Origin: Hydrolagus affinis
Taxonomy: Eukaryota
DNA: 64,000 nucleotides
Assembly (NCBI GenBank): GCA_012026655.1
Contig: JAAILG010000173.1
Span: 1-64,000 of the forward strand
Reading direction: 5' to 3'
How positions within the stretch are numbered: the stretch's first letter is position 1; each line of letters starts with the position of its first letter. Shown piece by piece: positions 24,401-33,761 of the stretch. Made by a program: the position numbers and the translations under genes. The notes beneath the pieces are model-generated. The model was not told the origin of the DNA. It worked only from the letters and a program-made list of their open reading frames with translations, and searched no databases.

Positions 24401-26251
24401 GCTGATTAAAAATATTTGTGCCTGGATCAGTAACATTTTAGTGACTACCTTTACAATTTGATCCAAACCAAAATATTCTACTGAGGATATTTTTTATTTC
24501 GATCACCTACACCATTTGAAATGTGTGAAGTGTATTTCTAATGACATGGGTCCATAAGTAGTTACAGAGATCTTGGCATGCAAATTCCCATGCAGATTTG
24601 TGGAGGTGGTGGTACATATTCACGTTTCAGCTTTGTGAAATCTAGCTAATAAGTTGTCTTATATTATGCAATGGATACATTTATAATGCCTTGGCATAGT
24701 TCAAAAGCTATTTCGGAACAATCCTTCTGTTTGCATAAAGCATTGCAATCTTCAAATGTTTTACAAAAACTTGTGGATTAGATGAAACCTAATTTGTTTG
24801 AAGCTAACTTTTGATTTCCCTTAAACCAGATGAGAACTCAGATCAGATGACAGCTTGTCCAGATGTTTACAACCATTCCAATGCATATTCTAAGAAAAGC
24901 GAGTTCTGTCCATATACACAAGTGCCTCACGAAGATCCTTTTGACCACGTTGTTGCAAGTACTATGATGCAGCTACCGAATGTGAACTTGTTCAATTCTA
25001 TTCACACGATGCGCAATGGGGCTGCTATTGACATTCCTGTTTCAAGCAAGAATCCAGAACAGCTAGGAACTATACATAGCACATATGGTGGTATGTCACT
25101 TTACTATATGTTAGCTTTTGTATAATTTGCTGTATGCTTTGGTGATGATAAAAAGATGTAGCTGTAAAATTGTACTTTTGTACCTTATTTTAAGGTGAAC
25201 ATTTTGTATTTTGTCCTCTTAATGCAATATTAATGTTCCCATCATTTTTCTCCTTTGGTGGGAGGCTAAAAGTTAGGAAGTGAATAAATATGTGTCTTGC
25301 GTTCTGCAAACGTGTGTATGTTCAAAGAATACTTTGAATTCTGTGGTTGATTGCACCATTGTAATGTTGCTTTTATTCAGGATTAAAAATTTACACATAC
25401 AGTGCTTTTTCTGCATCACTGAAAGTGGAGGAGAAGGAATTTTGTCTTGTGGCTGGATCTGTCAATGGGCACTAACATATCACTAACTTAAAATGCTTAA
25501 GTAGAATTTTTTTTAAAAAACAGTTGAGAGTACTTTTGGTCTTCCTTCTCTGTTCTGCTTGGCAGCATTTTTAGAACTATCTTTTTTATCTCAACCTTCC
25601 CATTCCGGTGTTGAACAAAATTATTTTGTTATGGTATTACATTTGTTTTAAATATATAATGCTATGGTATTACATTTGTTTTAAATATATAATGCTATTG
25701 CATGGCCTGTTATTAAAAATAAGTCTGCAAATATCTTTTGCAAGGTGGATCTTTAAATGTTACCCAATAATTTGTACACCTTTGCTGTGTTCACTTGTTT
25801 GCATTACCCCCTGGGCTCTAGATCAAGTTTCTATTTAAATGCTTTCTGCTAGAAAATATTTTGAAACCTACAAGGGGTAATCAGTATTCAGAAGATCATG
25901 ATTAAGTAAATACTATCAATGTACAATTCAAACTAAGTTGGGAAATCTGTTGCTTTGTTTATGTCCTTTCAGATTGCTTACAATTGCATTTCTATTCATT
26001 TTGTAGGAACATTTGGAAAGCCTCTGTGGCGAGCACATCAAGATCCCTATTCTGGTTATATCCAATCAACTGCATCTCAGTCGTTGACTCTTCATAGTAA
26101 CCCTCAAACCTTATTAAACAGTGACTCTGAGGCTGAGGAAGAATCTGAGGAACTTGCAATTTCTGTCATTAGGCAGCACAGTGGTACTAATGAACAGGCA
26201 TTTGATAAATGCAGGACTCCAACTTTTCAAGCTTACAGAGTTAACACATAA
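3326..26251 (+). CDS. LRIG3: LRIG3 (leucine-rich repeats and immunoglobulin-like domains 3), 5'-partial; 16 coding exons equivalent to human exons 4-19, 2959 nt spliced CDS in window
   Basis: Spliced translation matches human LRIG3 as I recall it ([121 protein letters not shown]..., RTPTFQAY). All introns are GT-AG and phases are consistent through to the stop. The cytoplasmic tail favours LRIG3 over LRIG1/2. Confidence 0.96.
3822..4134 (+). mobile_element. Full-length tRNA-headed SINE with DeuSINE-like 3' body and L2-type tail
   Basis: A box tagctcagtgg, B box gtttcgaatcc, body gtttgtgggacactgctgtgc..aattggctgcc, tail gcgctttgagacgtc..gtgaaaagcactatatcaaatgcaagg(att)n; many other copies in window. 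Confidence 0.9.
4655..4798 (+). CDS. LRIG3: LRIG3 exon (~5), LRR: [48 protein letters not shown]
   Basis: ctttcag| ... |gtaagt, 144 bp. Confidence 0.95.
4960..5103 (+). CDS. LRIG3: LRIG3 exon (~6), LRR: [48 protein letters not shown]
   Basis: ttgttgtag| ... |gtaagt, 144 bp; lies within ORF 4910..5107. Confidence 0.96.
5330..5525 (+). repeat. Ancient interspersed repeat family X, degenerate copy
   Basis: Shares ggaaagtg / gtgaagaatggc / gagagaagg words with copies at 13270, 45170 and 62480. Confidence 0.5.
5813..5956 (+). CDS. LRIG3: LRIG3 exon (~7), LRR: [48 protein letters not shown]
   Basis: ttcttctag| ... |gtaagt, 144 bp. Confidence 0.96.
6247..6579. mobile_element. MITE family A, 333 bp
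   Basis: TA|cagtaaaagtttgtttatccagcac ... gtgccggataaacgggcttttactg. Confidence 0.85.
7295..7557 (-). mobile_element. Deu-domain SINE fragment abutting an L2 insertion
   Basis: caggacaccaggaga..gctctttttgaatagtg..gggttcttta..gcagacaggacctcagttta.catctca resembles the DeuSINE (AmnSINE1/SacSINE-type) core. Confidence 0.7.
7558..8700 (-). mobile_element. L2 LINE 3' fragment (degenerate ORF2 RT C-terminus plus tail), antisense in intron 7
   Basis: Minus-strand ORF pieces [58 protein letters not shown]; (caa)n tail at 7558. Confidence 0.9.
8747..9566. mobile_element. 820-bp non-autonomous DNA transposon, Sola-like (GGG..CCC ends, 4-bp TSD AAAT)
   Basis: aaat|GGGCATTTCCATGGTAATGGGGTACA ... TATACCCCTTCATCGTGGAAATGCCC|aaat; 21/26 TIR identity. 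Confidence 0.75.
10612..10871. mobile_element. Fold-back MITE with long imperfect inverted repeats
   Basis: cagtccagcga ... tcgctggactg|TA; internal actagctgcaagcc / ggcttgccgctagt. Confidence 0.65.
10990..11090. mobile_element. MITE family A right-end fragment
   Basis: gccggttatacggaagt...cacggataaacgggcttctattg|TA, same as the end of 23336-24005. Confidence 0.7.
11330..11625 (+). mobile_element. Old Deu-domain SINE
   Basis: ccaggctgacact..., tgaaccgagg, ctggccaaca, ttggtcatt..tgtttgagggatattgctgtatgcaaatt. Confidence 0.6.
11762..11905 (+). CDS. LRIG3: LRIG3 exon (~8), LRR: [48 protein letters not shown]
   Basis: tttgttgacag| ... |gtaagt, 144 bp. Confidence 0.95.
13268..13500 (+). repeat. 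Ancient interspersed repeat family X
   Basis: aaatcaaccagagttcctgttcttgatcactatcca..ctgctggaaagtg..ggctcacacgtgaag. Confidence 0.6.
13543..13879. mobile_element. hAT-type MITE, 337 bp, perfect 8-bp TSD GTAACAGG
   Basis: gtaacagg|TAGTGTCCGGCGATAT ... ATATTGACGGACCCTA|gtaacagg; ATATCG-rich subterminal repeats. Confidence 0.92.
14033..14113 (+). CDS. LRIG3: LRIG3 exon (~9), LRR: [27 protein letters not shown]
   Basis: ccccacag| ... |gtaagt, 81 bp. Confidence 0.95.
14195..14645 (-). mobile_element. Old L2 3' fragment, antisense in intron 9
   Basis: Tail acatttttatagtaccc..aaagcacttcaca; minus-strand [11 protein letters not shown] resembles L2 [11 protein letters not shown]. Confidence 0.55.
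14970..15041 (+). CDS. LRIG3: LRIG3 exon (~10), LRR: [24 protein letters not shown]
   Basis: ctattccag| ... |gtaagt, 72 bp. Confidence 0.95.
15525..15596 (+). CDS. LRIG3: LRIG3 exon (~11), LRR: [23 protein letters not shown]
   Basis: ttgtttgcag| ... |gtaagt, 72 bp. Confidence 0.95.
15690..16372 (+). mobile_element. Relatively young L2 3' fragment (ORF2 C-terminus with one frameshift near 15795), sense in intron 11
   Basis: [33 protein letters not shown]...[33 protein letters not shown]...[17 protein letters not shown]; L2 tail plus (ttg)n. Confidence 0.93.
16395..17200 (-). mobile_element. Old degenerate L2 fragment, antisense, tail-to-tail with 15690-16372
   Basis: cagagttccagagagtggaacag, gcccaccaatgg, gggctgcagatttctggatg, gaaagtt...atccagtacttgatatc match L2 ORF2 minus-strand words. 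Confidence 0.65.
17334..17497 (+). CDS. LRIG3: LRIG3 exon (~12), LRRCT cap: [19 protein letters not shown]...[23 protein letters not shown]
   Basis: ttcccttcag| ... |gtgagt, 164 bp, CxC..C..C LRRCT cysteines. Confidence 0.96.
17696..18016 (+). CDS. LRIG3: LRIG3 exon (~13), Ig domain 1
   Basis: ttgttcacag| ... |gtacgt, 321 bp; FICSAASSS...W...[14 protein letters not shown]; lies within ORF 17671..18051. Confidence 0.96.
18205..19298 (+). mobile_element. L2 3' fragment (RT domain to tail), sense in intron 13
   Basis: [51 protein letters not shown]; tail cagcgctttgggaagtcctcccgacgtgaaag..ttgttg. Confidence 0.92.
19948..20229 (+). CDS. LRIG3: LRIG3 exon (~14), Ig domain 2
   Basis: tctttttag| ... 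|gtatgt, 282 bp; [21 protein letters not shown]...[11 protein letters not shown]. Confidence 0.96.
20850..21299 (+). CDS. LRIG3: LRIG3 exon (~15), Ig domain 3 plus transmembrane helix
   Basis: ttaatccag| ... |gtaaga, 450 bp; [23 protein letters not shown]...[11 protein letters not shown]...[24 protein letters not shown]. Confidence 0.96.
22122..22280 (+). CDS. LRIG3: LRIG3 exon (~16), juxtamembrane cytoplasmic region: [36 protein letters not shown]...
   Basis: ttgttccgcag| ... |gtaagc, 159 bp. Confidence 0.94.
22692..22838 (+). CDS. LRIG3: LRIG3 exon (~17), cytoplasmic: [21 protein letters not shown]...[22 protein letters not shown]
   Basis: ttttgttaaag| acceptor; donor gaag|gtacgt at 22838 (alternative in-frame gaag|gtatct at 22823); resembles human TCHIDNSSEADVEAATD...TGPMY. 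Confidence 0.85.
22995..23225 (+). mobile_element. tRNA-headed SINE, long-body subfamily
   Basis: gacctaggtttgattc B-box remnant; acctagcagtgagtaggaatctggttgttagtcaattggcggatt block; then ataataatccc and gtgggacactgctg. Confidence 0.65.
23336..24005. mobile_element. MITE family A, longest copy (670 bp), with internal pyrimidine tract
   Basis: TA|cagtaaaagcccgtttatccggcaccc ... cacggataaacaggcttttattg|TA. Confidence 0.85.
24830..25090 (+). CDS. LRIG3: LRIG3 exon (~18), cytoplasmic, divergent
   Basis: ccttaaaccag| ... |gtatgt, 261 bp, phase 1-1, open frame; [10 protein letters not shown] resembles human YIKKKECYP. Confidence 0.83.
25630..25698. repeat. Perfect 33-bp tandem duplication
   Basis: tatggtattacatttgttttaaatatataatgc x2. 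Confidence 0.95.
26007..26251 (+). CDS. LRIG3: LRIG3 terminal coding exon (~19): [18 protein letters not shown]...[13 protein letters not shown]
   Basis: cattttgtag| acceptor, TAA at 26249-26251; resembles human GTFGKALRRPHLDAYSSF...YRTPNFQSYDLDT. Confidence 0.92.
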
Positions 26252-26750
26252 TCACCCGAACAATATAAACTGTTGCATTGAAATGCATTGTACTAAAGAA
26301 CAACATGAACAAACTACCTCACAATCCATTTTGCTTTAATTGCCCCAAGAAAAGAGACTCCTTCCTTCAGAACAACATTGTACCTTGGAGAGAATGTAGA
26401 TCTGTATAAATGGTTGATGGGCCAAGAGGAAATATTGCCATTATATGACCTTTTATTTTGGGAACAATATCCTTCTGAAGTATGATTTGCTATATTTTTT
26501 ATTATTTTATACTTTTGTACTGAATATTTTAGATAATTTCACCTGTAAATTAATTATGTAAATAATTACCATAAGTATTTTACTTACATTTGTAATATGA
26601 GCTACCCTTTTTTGTTGTTGATTTGCTAGGATTTATAATTGACAGTACAGCATGTTAACTGGTGGTGCTAAATCTGGTATCAAGTCAGAATTTTGGTGCC
26701 TTGTTTGCACATTAACAATGAGAATAAAATGGTATTTTGCTTTGAACTAA
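26252..26750 (+). promoter_or_regulatory. LRIG3 3'UTR (approximate end) with miRNA seed sites and a Pumilio-type element
   Basis: AT-rich and free of recognisable repeats; CTACCTCA 26314, TGTAAATA 26557, TGGTGCTA 26663, GTGCCTT 26696, TTTGCACA 26704. Confidence 0.7.
26723..26728 (+). terminator. Polyadenylation signal AATAAA (alternatives: ATTAAA 26987, AATAAA 27347)
   Basis: First canonical hexamer after the stop, followed by GT/T-rich sequence (gtgactatgtctttgtg). Confidence 0.65.
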
Positions 26751-27455
26751 ATACTTTTAACGTGACTATGTCTTTGTGACAATCTAATTTTTTTTCAGTG
26801 TTTGATCTTGGTGCCTCTTTTCTGATGTACAGAAAAACAAAATATGTGGAAAAGGTAATTGATCAACTTGTATTACATGAAAATTTTAATGAGGGTGAAT
26901 AGGATTTTTTTTAACTTTATCCAACCGTTGACTATTCTGTATTTGTACTTGACAAAATGCATTTATGTCTAGACAGTGCTGCAGCTATTAAACATCTTTA
27001 CACAAAACAAATTGTGTTGTAATATTGAACTTTCTTTTCTTTCCCGCGTAGAATTATACAATTGCTGCAAAATGATCAGACCAGATCTGTCCTAAATAAG
27101 TGTATCAAATTGATCTTATAAGTAGTAAAATATCAGTATTGAAGCACAGGTATAGTACGTAAAGCAGTCTAGCGCTCCGGGATGCTATCCTGTGGGAAAG
27201 GCACTATATAAGCAAGTAAATATAGTAAATATATTAATCGAATTGTTATAGTAAAGATAACAGAAAAAAATTGATATGCCTTTTAATTCTATTAACTCTA
27301 ATGTTAGAGAAAAATAATCTTACTCAGCTCTCAGTTATGGTATTGTAATAAAGACCAGTAAAGTCTAAAGTTGGGATTCTATCCATTAACATACATTTGA
27401 GGGCTTAATATTTTTCATGTCAAAAAGGGAGAAATTGAGGGATGAAGGCATGTTA

Positions 27456-27676
27456 GTAAATTGGTCATTTCAATCCACGATTGTTTGTGGGATACTGTTG
27501 TGTGCAATTGCGTGCCGCGTTTTGCCCACAGTCATACAACTCAACAAAATTACATCTGTAGAGTGCCTTTCATGTCGGGATATATAGTCAATTCACTTTA
27601 CAGTATATTCTGTGAAGTGGTTTGAGACTTCCAGAAGACGTGAAAAGTGCTATATCAAATGCAAGCATTATTATTA
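27456..27676 (+). mobile_element. 5'-truncated SINE with a nested antisense L2 tail (27537-27581)
   Basis: aaattggtcatttcaatccacga..gtgaaaagtgctatatcaaatgcaag; inserted caacaaaattacatctgtagagtgcctttcatgtcggga. Confidence 0.8.
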
Positions 27677-28653
27677 TAAAAATTTGCACAAAAATATAGT
27701 ACATTTAGGGAAAAATCATTAAAGCATTTCTAAATACTTAATTTAAGCGCTCTGAGACACCGCCCGGCATAGAGGGCGCTATTTAAATTGAAGTTGTTGA
27801 AAGATCAAGAAAATGGTGGATTTATTTTCTAAGCAGAGCTCCCAAAAACTCTTCGTCTCAGATCACTAGCTAAAATGCGATGGTTCTGAAGCCAAGTAAC
27901 GCATAGGTCACCTCCTCGTGTGATGTATCCATCAATGTGTAGAACTCTGAAGTGCCTACATCCTATAATAGTTGGAGATTTTTTTTCAAAAAAATTCAAA
28001 TTAACGCATCAAAAAATGGATTTTCACAGGAAAAAAAAGTTAAAACTGACTCTAAAGATCTCATGTTTTCAGTGTCAAGTTTTCTGGTTGTCTGCTACAC
28101 TTGTTCTACTTTGTGATGTGTATTCATATCTTCACTGATGTCCAGGAGAGACAAGTGCAATTGGCATCAAGTTGAAGTAAGCTGATATTTACTGACTGAC
28201 CATTGCTAAAAATATAATTTGCTCTCTCAAGCTATTTTGATTTTCATAATGAAAACTAATAACATCAACTGAACTGGTTTAGAGTTATTCAGCTTGGCAT
28301 GTCGTTACATTCAATCATTTCCCCTCACTGTTGCATTCAGGTACTTCTCTCAGATAATTTCCTTAAATGTCATCAATGTTTAGATAAATATTTTGCAACA
28401 CAGAAATAGAAAAAAAGATACTAATATGGTGACTTTGTAACTTTGTCAGTAGAATTGATCTTTCTTTACAAAAGATGATCTAAACAAATCTGAAATTGCT
28501 TGATCTCCCTTCAGGTAAGGAATTGGGCAGCAACAAAAATACCGTCATACAGCTGTACCAATATGCATCTGAGAAATTAACTGATATGAAGCACCTATAG
28601 ACCATTTCCAGTCTATGTGCTTCATATCTCTTAATTAAAAGTACAGTATAGTA

Positions 28654-29043
28654 CAGTAAAAGCTTGTTTATCCGGCGCTCAACCCCCAATCAGTATCTAC
28701 CGATACAATTCACCATTCCAGCAAAGGGATCTCATACCGGAGCCATCCAGGACACTCACAAGTATACTCACTTTGCGCATATGTGCGCATGCGCACTTAT
28801 TAAACTTAACGGACACTAGAATGCTTTTATACTGATCATTTTACTGAATGAGCTGGAATGTTTTATTGGTAAGTATCCATACAATATTCTGTTATTATTT
28901 AGTCTATTATTAATTAAGTATGTTTTAAAATAAGTTAATTTTTTGGGTAGGATTTTCGACAACTTGCCGCCCAAATATCCAGCATATTCAATTAACCAGC
29001 ACTGGTCAGATCCCGAAGGTGCCGGATAAACAAGCTTTTACTG
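28654..29043. mobile_element. MITE family A, 390 bp (inverted relative to 32083-32472)
   Basis: TA|cagtaaaagcttgtttatccggc ... gtgccggataaacaagcttttactg|TA. Confidence 0.9.
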
Positions 29044-29139
29044 TATTAAGAATTGAAAATTCCTAGGATTTGAGAGTTCTAAACACTTACCCCCCCACTT
29101 TAAAACATATCCTGTTAAATAATTTGGGATGCTCTCACG

Positions 29140-29788
29140 CAGAGCTGTCAACCCTCCTGATTTTTGTGGAAGCCTTCCGCTTTTGCATGCTCCCTTCTGC
29201 CCTCCCGATACCAGATAAATAACTTCAGATTTTTTGCCATTTCATAATTTAAGCTAAATCTCCCTTGCACCACCTATGTTCAGTAGGGGAAGGATGGAAG
29301 AAATCAGTTTAATGGAGAAGAGAAAGTGAAATTCTATAGAGAGAAGCGTTGTATTTACCTTAATCCTAAGAGAGAAGCGTCGCTGGTTGATTGCAACATA
29401 GCAACTGGGTCCTAGTACTATATGTTAGCTGTTCGCACACACACAGTACCTGTAGATCCACGAGTGCAGCTAGACCACGTGGGGTAGTAAAGATCCTGAT
29501 AGGCGGGAATCGCAGAGCGGATAAATACACATTAATATGCGGATGAATGCGGTCCCTTGTTTGGAGGAGTGAAACTTGAAAATTTAAACCATGGATGTTA
29601 ATCACGGACGTGCAAAATTAAGGTGTCCAGGGTGCCTGGATGCCTGTTAATGTCAAGCCCTGGCTTAACTATTGGCTGATGTTGAAGTGATAGAGGCAAT
29701 AACAAAATCCTTCTTGAAAATGTAACAAATGTTCCTGAAAAATTACTACAACCATCCTGAAAATCTTCCTTGAAGGTTGGCAGCTCTG
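29140..29788. mobile_element. hAT-like non-autonomous element (TIR CAGAGCTG(T/C)CAACC) with apparent 6-bp TSD and a nested CpG-rich hAT-like fragment ending at 29662
   Basis: ctcacg|CAGAGCTGTCAACCCTCC ... GAAGGTTGGCAGCTCTG|ctcatg; internal gttaatgtcaagccctg terminus. Confidence 0.7.
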
Positions 29789-32082
29789 CTCATGATGTGA
29801 AAGGGGTTATGCAAGGATTATTATCATTCAAAGAGATAGGAATCCCCCAAATCAAATTAGTCATTTACTTAATTTGGGACATCGCTGTGTACAAATTGGC
29901 TCCAGCATTCACCTACAAATATAGTTGTTATACCATTCTGTGCATCACGTGTAGGATTTTGGGACATCTTGTGCAAAAGGCTCCATATCCAGTGTAAGGA
30001 ATATTATTTATGACAGATTAAATTCCAATTGAATAGGCCTTTTAAAAAAGGATATTTTTGTGATTATATCTCCCAACAATGTACATGATGGAAAATATCA
30101 TTGAAGTTTTTTTTAAAATACTAACATTGTTTTTCCGCATGCTACACATTCCTTTGTTTTAACAGCTTTAGTCTCGGCTAACTAAACACTGGCATTTACA
30201 TGAGAAATCTGAGGTGAGTTGCATTATGTTTTTTTCAATCTTCCTTCTGGTAAAGTGGCATATTTTGTTTCCTGAATTCAGCAGAATTCACCTCTTGCTC
30301 ATCCATATCCTGCCACTGCAGCATACACTACCATTTGTGCAGGAATTTTTTTGTATCACATAAATTCCAGATTATTTTAAGGATTATTCTATAAATTAAT
30401 ATGTAAAATTGATACATTTGGGTATGTATGTGTACATTATTGTTAACAACGTGAACTTTTGTCAACTGTTAGCAGCAATAAACATTTCAAAAGAATACAG
30501 TACATTGTGGAGGCAGTGGGCAGTCAAATTTATCAATCGATCCTCCAGATAGAAGAGGTGGAGTAGTTGGTGAGGGAAAGGTCAACGGATTATCCTTTAG
30601 GCTGAGCTTGCTTCAAAGTGACATGGTTGGTAACGGAATATCAGAATCTAGTTGAGTCTAAGTGAGAAACTTGCCTGATGTTCCTCTCAATGGCAAATTA
30701 CTTGGTTTTAGCTGATATAGTACCTCAGTGCACACTGTTCCATTGGTAAGAAATTGTGAACTGTCTGGGAGTAACATTAGGTCAAAGATGATATCCGCTG
30801 ACTTAGAAAAAATAACCTAAGGTCCCAATTAGTGGCAGAGGTGTTGTAAGATCAGGGGGAAGGAGACCTATTTGGTGCGAAAGAAACAGGGTATTGTCAG
30901 CCATGAACAATATTTTATGTTCTTGACCTCCATGGTCTCGGTTGGGGAAGATTTACATTTCTTTCACGAACAGTGCAAAATAAATTGGCGTTCCTCATGA
31001 GCAATCCAGTAAAATGAACTTAGAACCCTGAATATCCATTTGCATCTGGATTCAATGACTTTGCTAGAATTGTGAACATTCAATTGTATGTAAATTAATT
31101 TCGATCTAAATGGTTACCTATTTAGATGTATAAGTGCAATTTTCAGAAAATAGCTTTGCACGCATGAATTGGAGAGTTTTCTTTCGCATATAGTTCGTTG
31201 AATGTCGAACTGATATAATATCTGGTGGTTTCTGTTGAAAGCATGATTGACATACTGAACAGAACAGGCATCTCATTTTGCACCTCTTCTTACTTTGGTA
31301 TTGACCTTACATTCAATCTATTAACAATCTTGTTCAACAGCTGCTGTTACATATGACACAAATGACTGACAGCAGAAGAGAAAGTGTATTGGGTGAACTA
31401 TTGATTGATTTTGGTCTTGTGATATTCACAGCGTCAGCATGAAAGAAAAGCACACTGCAAAGAAGTCAAGGTCTTCTGTGAGGGGGGAAGCAAGGACAAA
31501 ACCATAGAAAATATGTATACCACACAAAGACGAGGTTCAGCATCCTCCTGTGAAAGGAAATAATTATTGTGCATCAAATAACTGCTTTCTAAAGGGTAAA
31601 ATAAACAGGAAATACACATCAAATTGCTGTTTGATTTGATTTTTTTTTATCAGTTTTTCATTTTCAAGACAAATCTAATGATACTTTTTCAGTGTCTTTG
31701 GAAGGGAGTAAATGTACAATTACATTTAAATACTTGTTTACCAATAAATCTGTTCAATTTCACAGAAAATACATACTTAGTAAATTAATTTAAAACAGCA
31801 ATGGAACAAATCACCTACTGGTAGCTTGTTAATTTGTTGTCATCGTAGTTTTATTAAACACATTGCAAAGACTTGGATTACATGCATGTTAATATATTTA
31901 TTTCAAATAGAATGCTCACAGTATAAATTGAGGGAGCAAGACGGTTGGTGGTTTTATTTAACATAATATACAACAAGAATGTAAAGCATTTAATAGTTTC
32001 TTTCGATTTCATTGTTAACCATGCACTTGAAGATCAGTAAAATATTCTCTTTATCCAAAAGTCTTCACTCAAAAGGGAAATA

Positions 32083-32472
32083 CAGTACAAGCTTTGTTAT
32101 CCGGCACCCTCAGGATCTGACCGTTGCCGGTTAATTGAATATGCCGGATATTTGAGCAGCAAGTTGCCGAAAATCCTACACAAAAAATTTACTTATTTTA
32201 AAACATACCATATTAATAGACTAAATAATAACAGAATATTGTATGGATACAATTAAAGCATTCCAGCACACTCAGTAAAATGATCGTTAGAAAAGCATTC
32301 CAGCGTTCGGTAAGTTTAATAAGTGCGCATGCACACATACGCACAAAGTGAGCATAGTGTCCTGAATGGCTACGGTATGACATCCAGTTGCTGGAATGGT
32401 GAATTGTATTGGGAGATACCGGTTAGTTGATCGTTCCGGTTGGTTGGCTGTCGGATAACCAAGCTTTTACTG
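32083..32472. mobile_element. MITE family A, 390 bp
   Basis: TA|cagtacaagctttgttatccggcaccc ... cggataaccaagcttttactg|TA; reverse complement of 28654-29043. Confidence 0.9.
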
Positions 32473-33434
32473 TATTAGCGTAGTGGAGAGCTGTCACAAG
32501 CTGGAATAGCTGTGAATGGTAGCTTGTTTTTCGTTGGATTGTTGGTAGTTTTGCAGAGACAATCCATGTGATGGTAAGAATGATTGCAAAATTGTTTTAA
32601 TGGATTGTGTGGTGATTCAGTGCTTAAATAAGAGGGTGGAGTGAATTTTGCTACTGAACTGCACATTTGCGGAAGGCCCAGCTCAATCACTAGCCTATGC
32701 TAAATTAGCTGATCTAAACCAACATGGAATTGGTCATGATAGGTGGAATTGATATGATTGGTCATATTCTTCCGAGACTAAGAAGGGAAAAACAATATCT
32801 GCGTATTACTATCTTTAGACACTAAACTCACTTGACTCACTTGCCTCAAACCAAAGGAAGGTTCACACAAGAACATTCACCTGAGTTGCGAGCCCGTTAG
32901 TATCTGTAGATGTGTACTGCATCACATGTCATCACCTTTGCAGAGAAGTTTTAAAAAGATCGAAAGAATCTAGTCAATAATGAGCTTCAAAGTTCCCAGA
33001 AGCTAACATGGTTCATTGAATTCTATAAGTAGTGTGCACAAGATGATGAAATGTAAAACTAACCCACTGTGCTAATTAGCATTGGATTTATTGTGTACTT
33101 AGAACAGCCGGTCCTGAAACATCTACTCAAATCTTACCAGCTAGATTTCAAATTGTTCTGAAACACATAATTGTGAGTTATCAGAAAAGGTCAAAATAAC
33201 TGGTTAACTACATGCCAATGAAACTACTGCTTTCATTAAGTACATACATCTGCTAATCTAATAACAGGGAGTTACAGCCCTCTCTAGCAGCCATGTCTAT
33301 AAAACCAGTTTAAATGATTAAGTGCCGGCAAATGTCCCTGTTAGATATGGGGAAATGAGTTGGTATCTGAACAAATTTCCTTTAAGGAAAAATTTGAAGG
33401 CTTCCAAATTGATAAAGTAGAAGACTGCATCTTG

Positions 33435-33615
33435 TTTAATGCCTGTCTCTAATCATTGCTGATGCTAACTCATAGTGGAATGTAATTCCATCGGGGCAGC
33501 AACATTCTGAAACACTCAACTAAATGGTCATTCCCTAGTTGGTGAGCATAGGTGGGGTATGCACCTTGGGAGAGCATCATATCAAGATTGATCCTGTCTT
33601 CACTCAATGTCCGCC
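33435..33615 (-). repeat. Ancient repeat family X, degenerate copy
   Basis: tggtcattc, gatcctgtcttcactcaatgtcc are reverse complements of family words. Confidence 0.45.
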
Positions 33616-33620
33616 TAATA

Positions 33621-33761
33621 CAGTAAAACCCTGTTTATCCGGCACCCTCGGGACCTGGCCAATGCCGGTTAAAGTGCATGCCGGATATTTGGCCAAAAAC
33701 GCAAATACAAATAAATAATGCATTTTGCCGGATAAATTCTGGTTAATCGAATGCGGACCTT
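33621..33761. mobile_element. MITE family A, truncated
   Basis: TA|cagtaaaaccctgtttatccggcaccctcgggacctggccaatgccggttaaag. Confidence 0.8.

Noticed and set aside
30500-30960. Higher-GC stretch that might be an LTR or other element remnant
   Set aside because: No ORF, terminal repeat or second copy could be identified, so no call is supportable.
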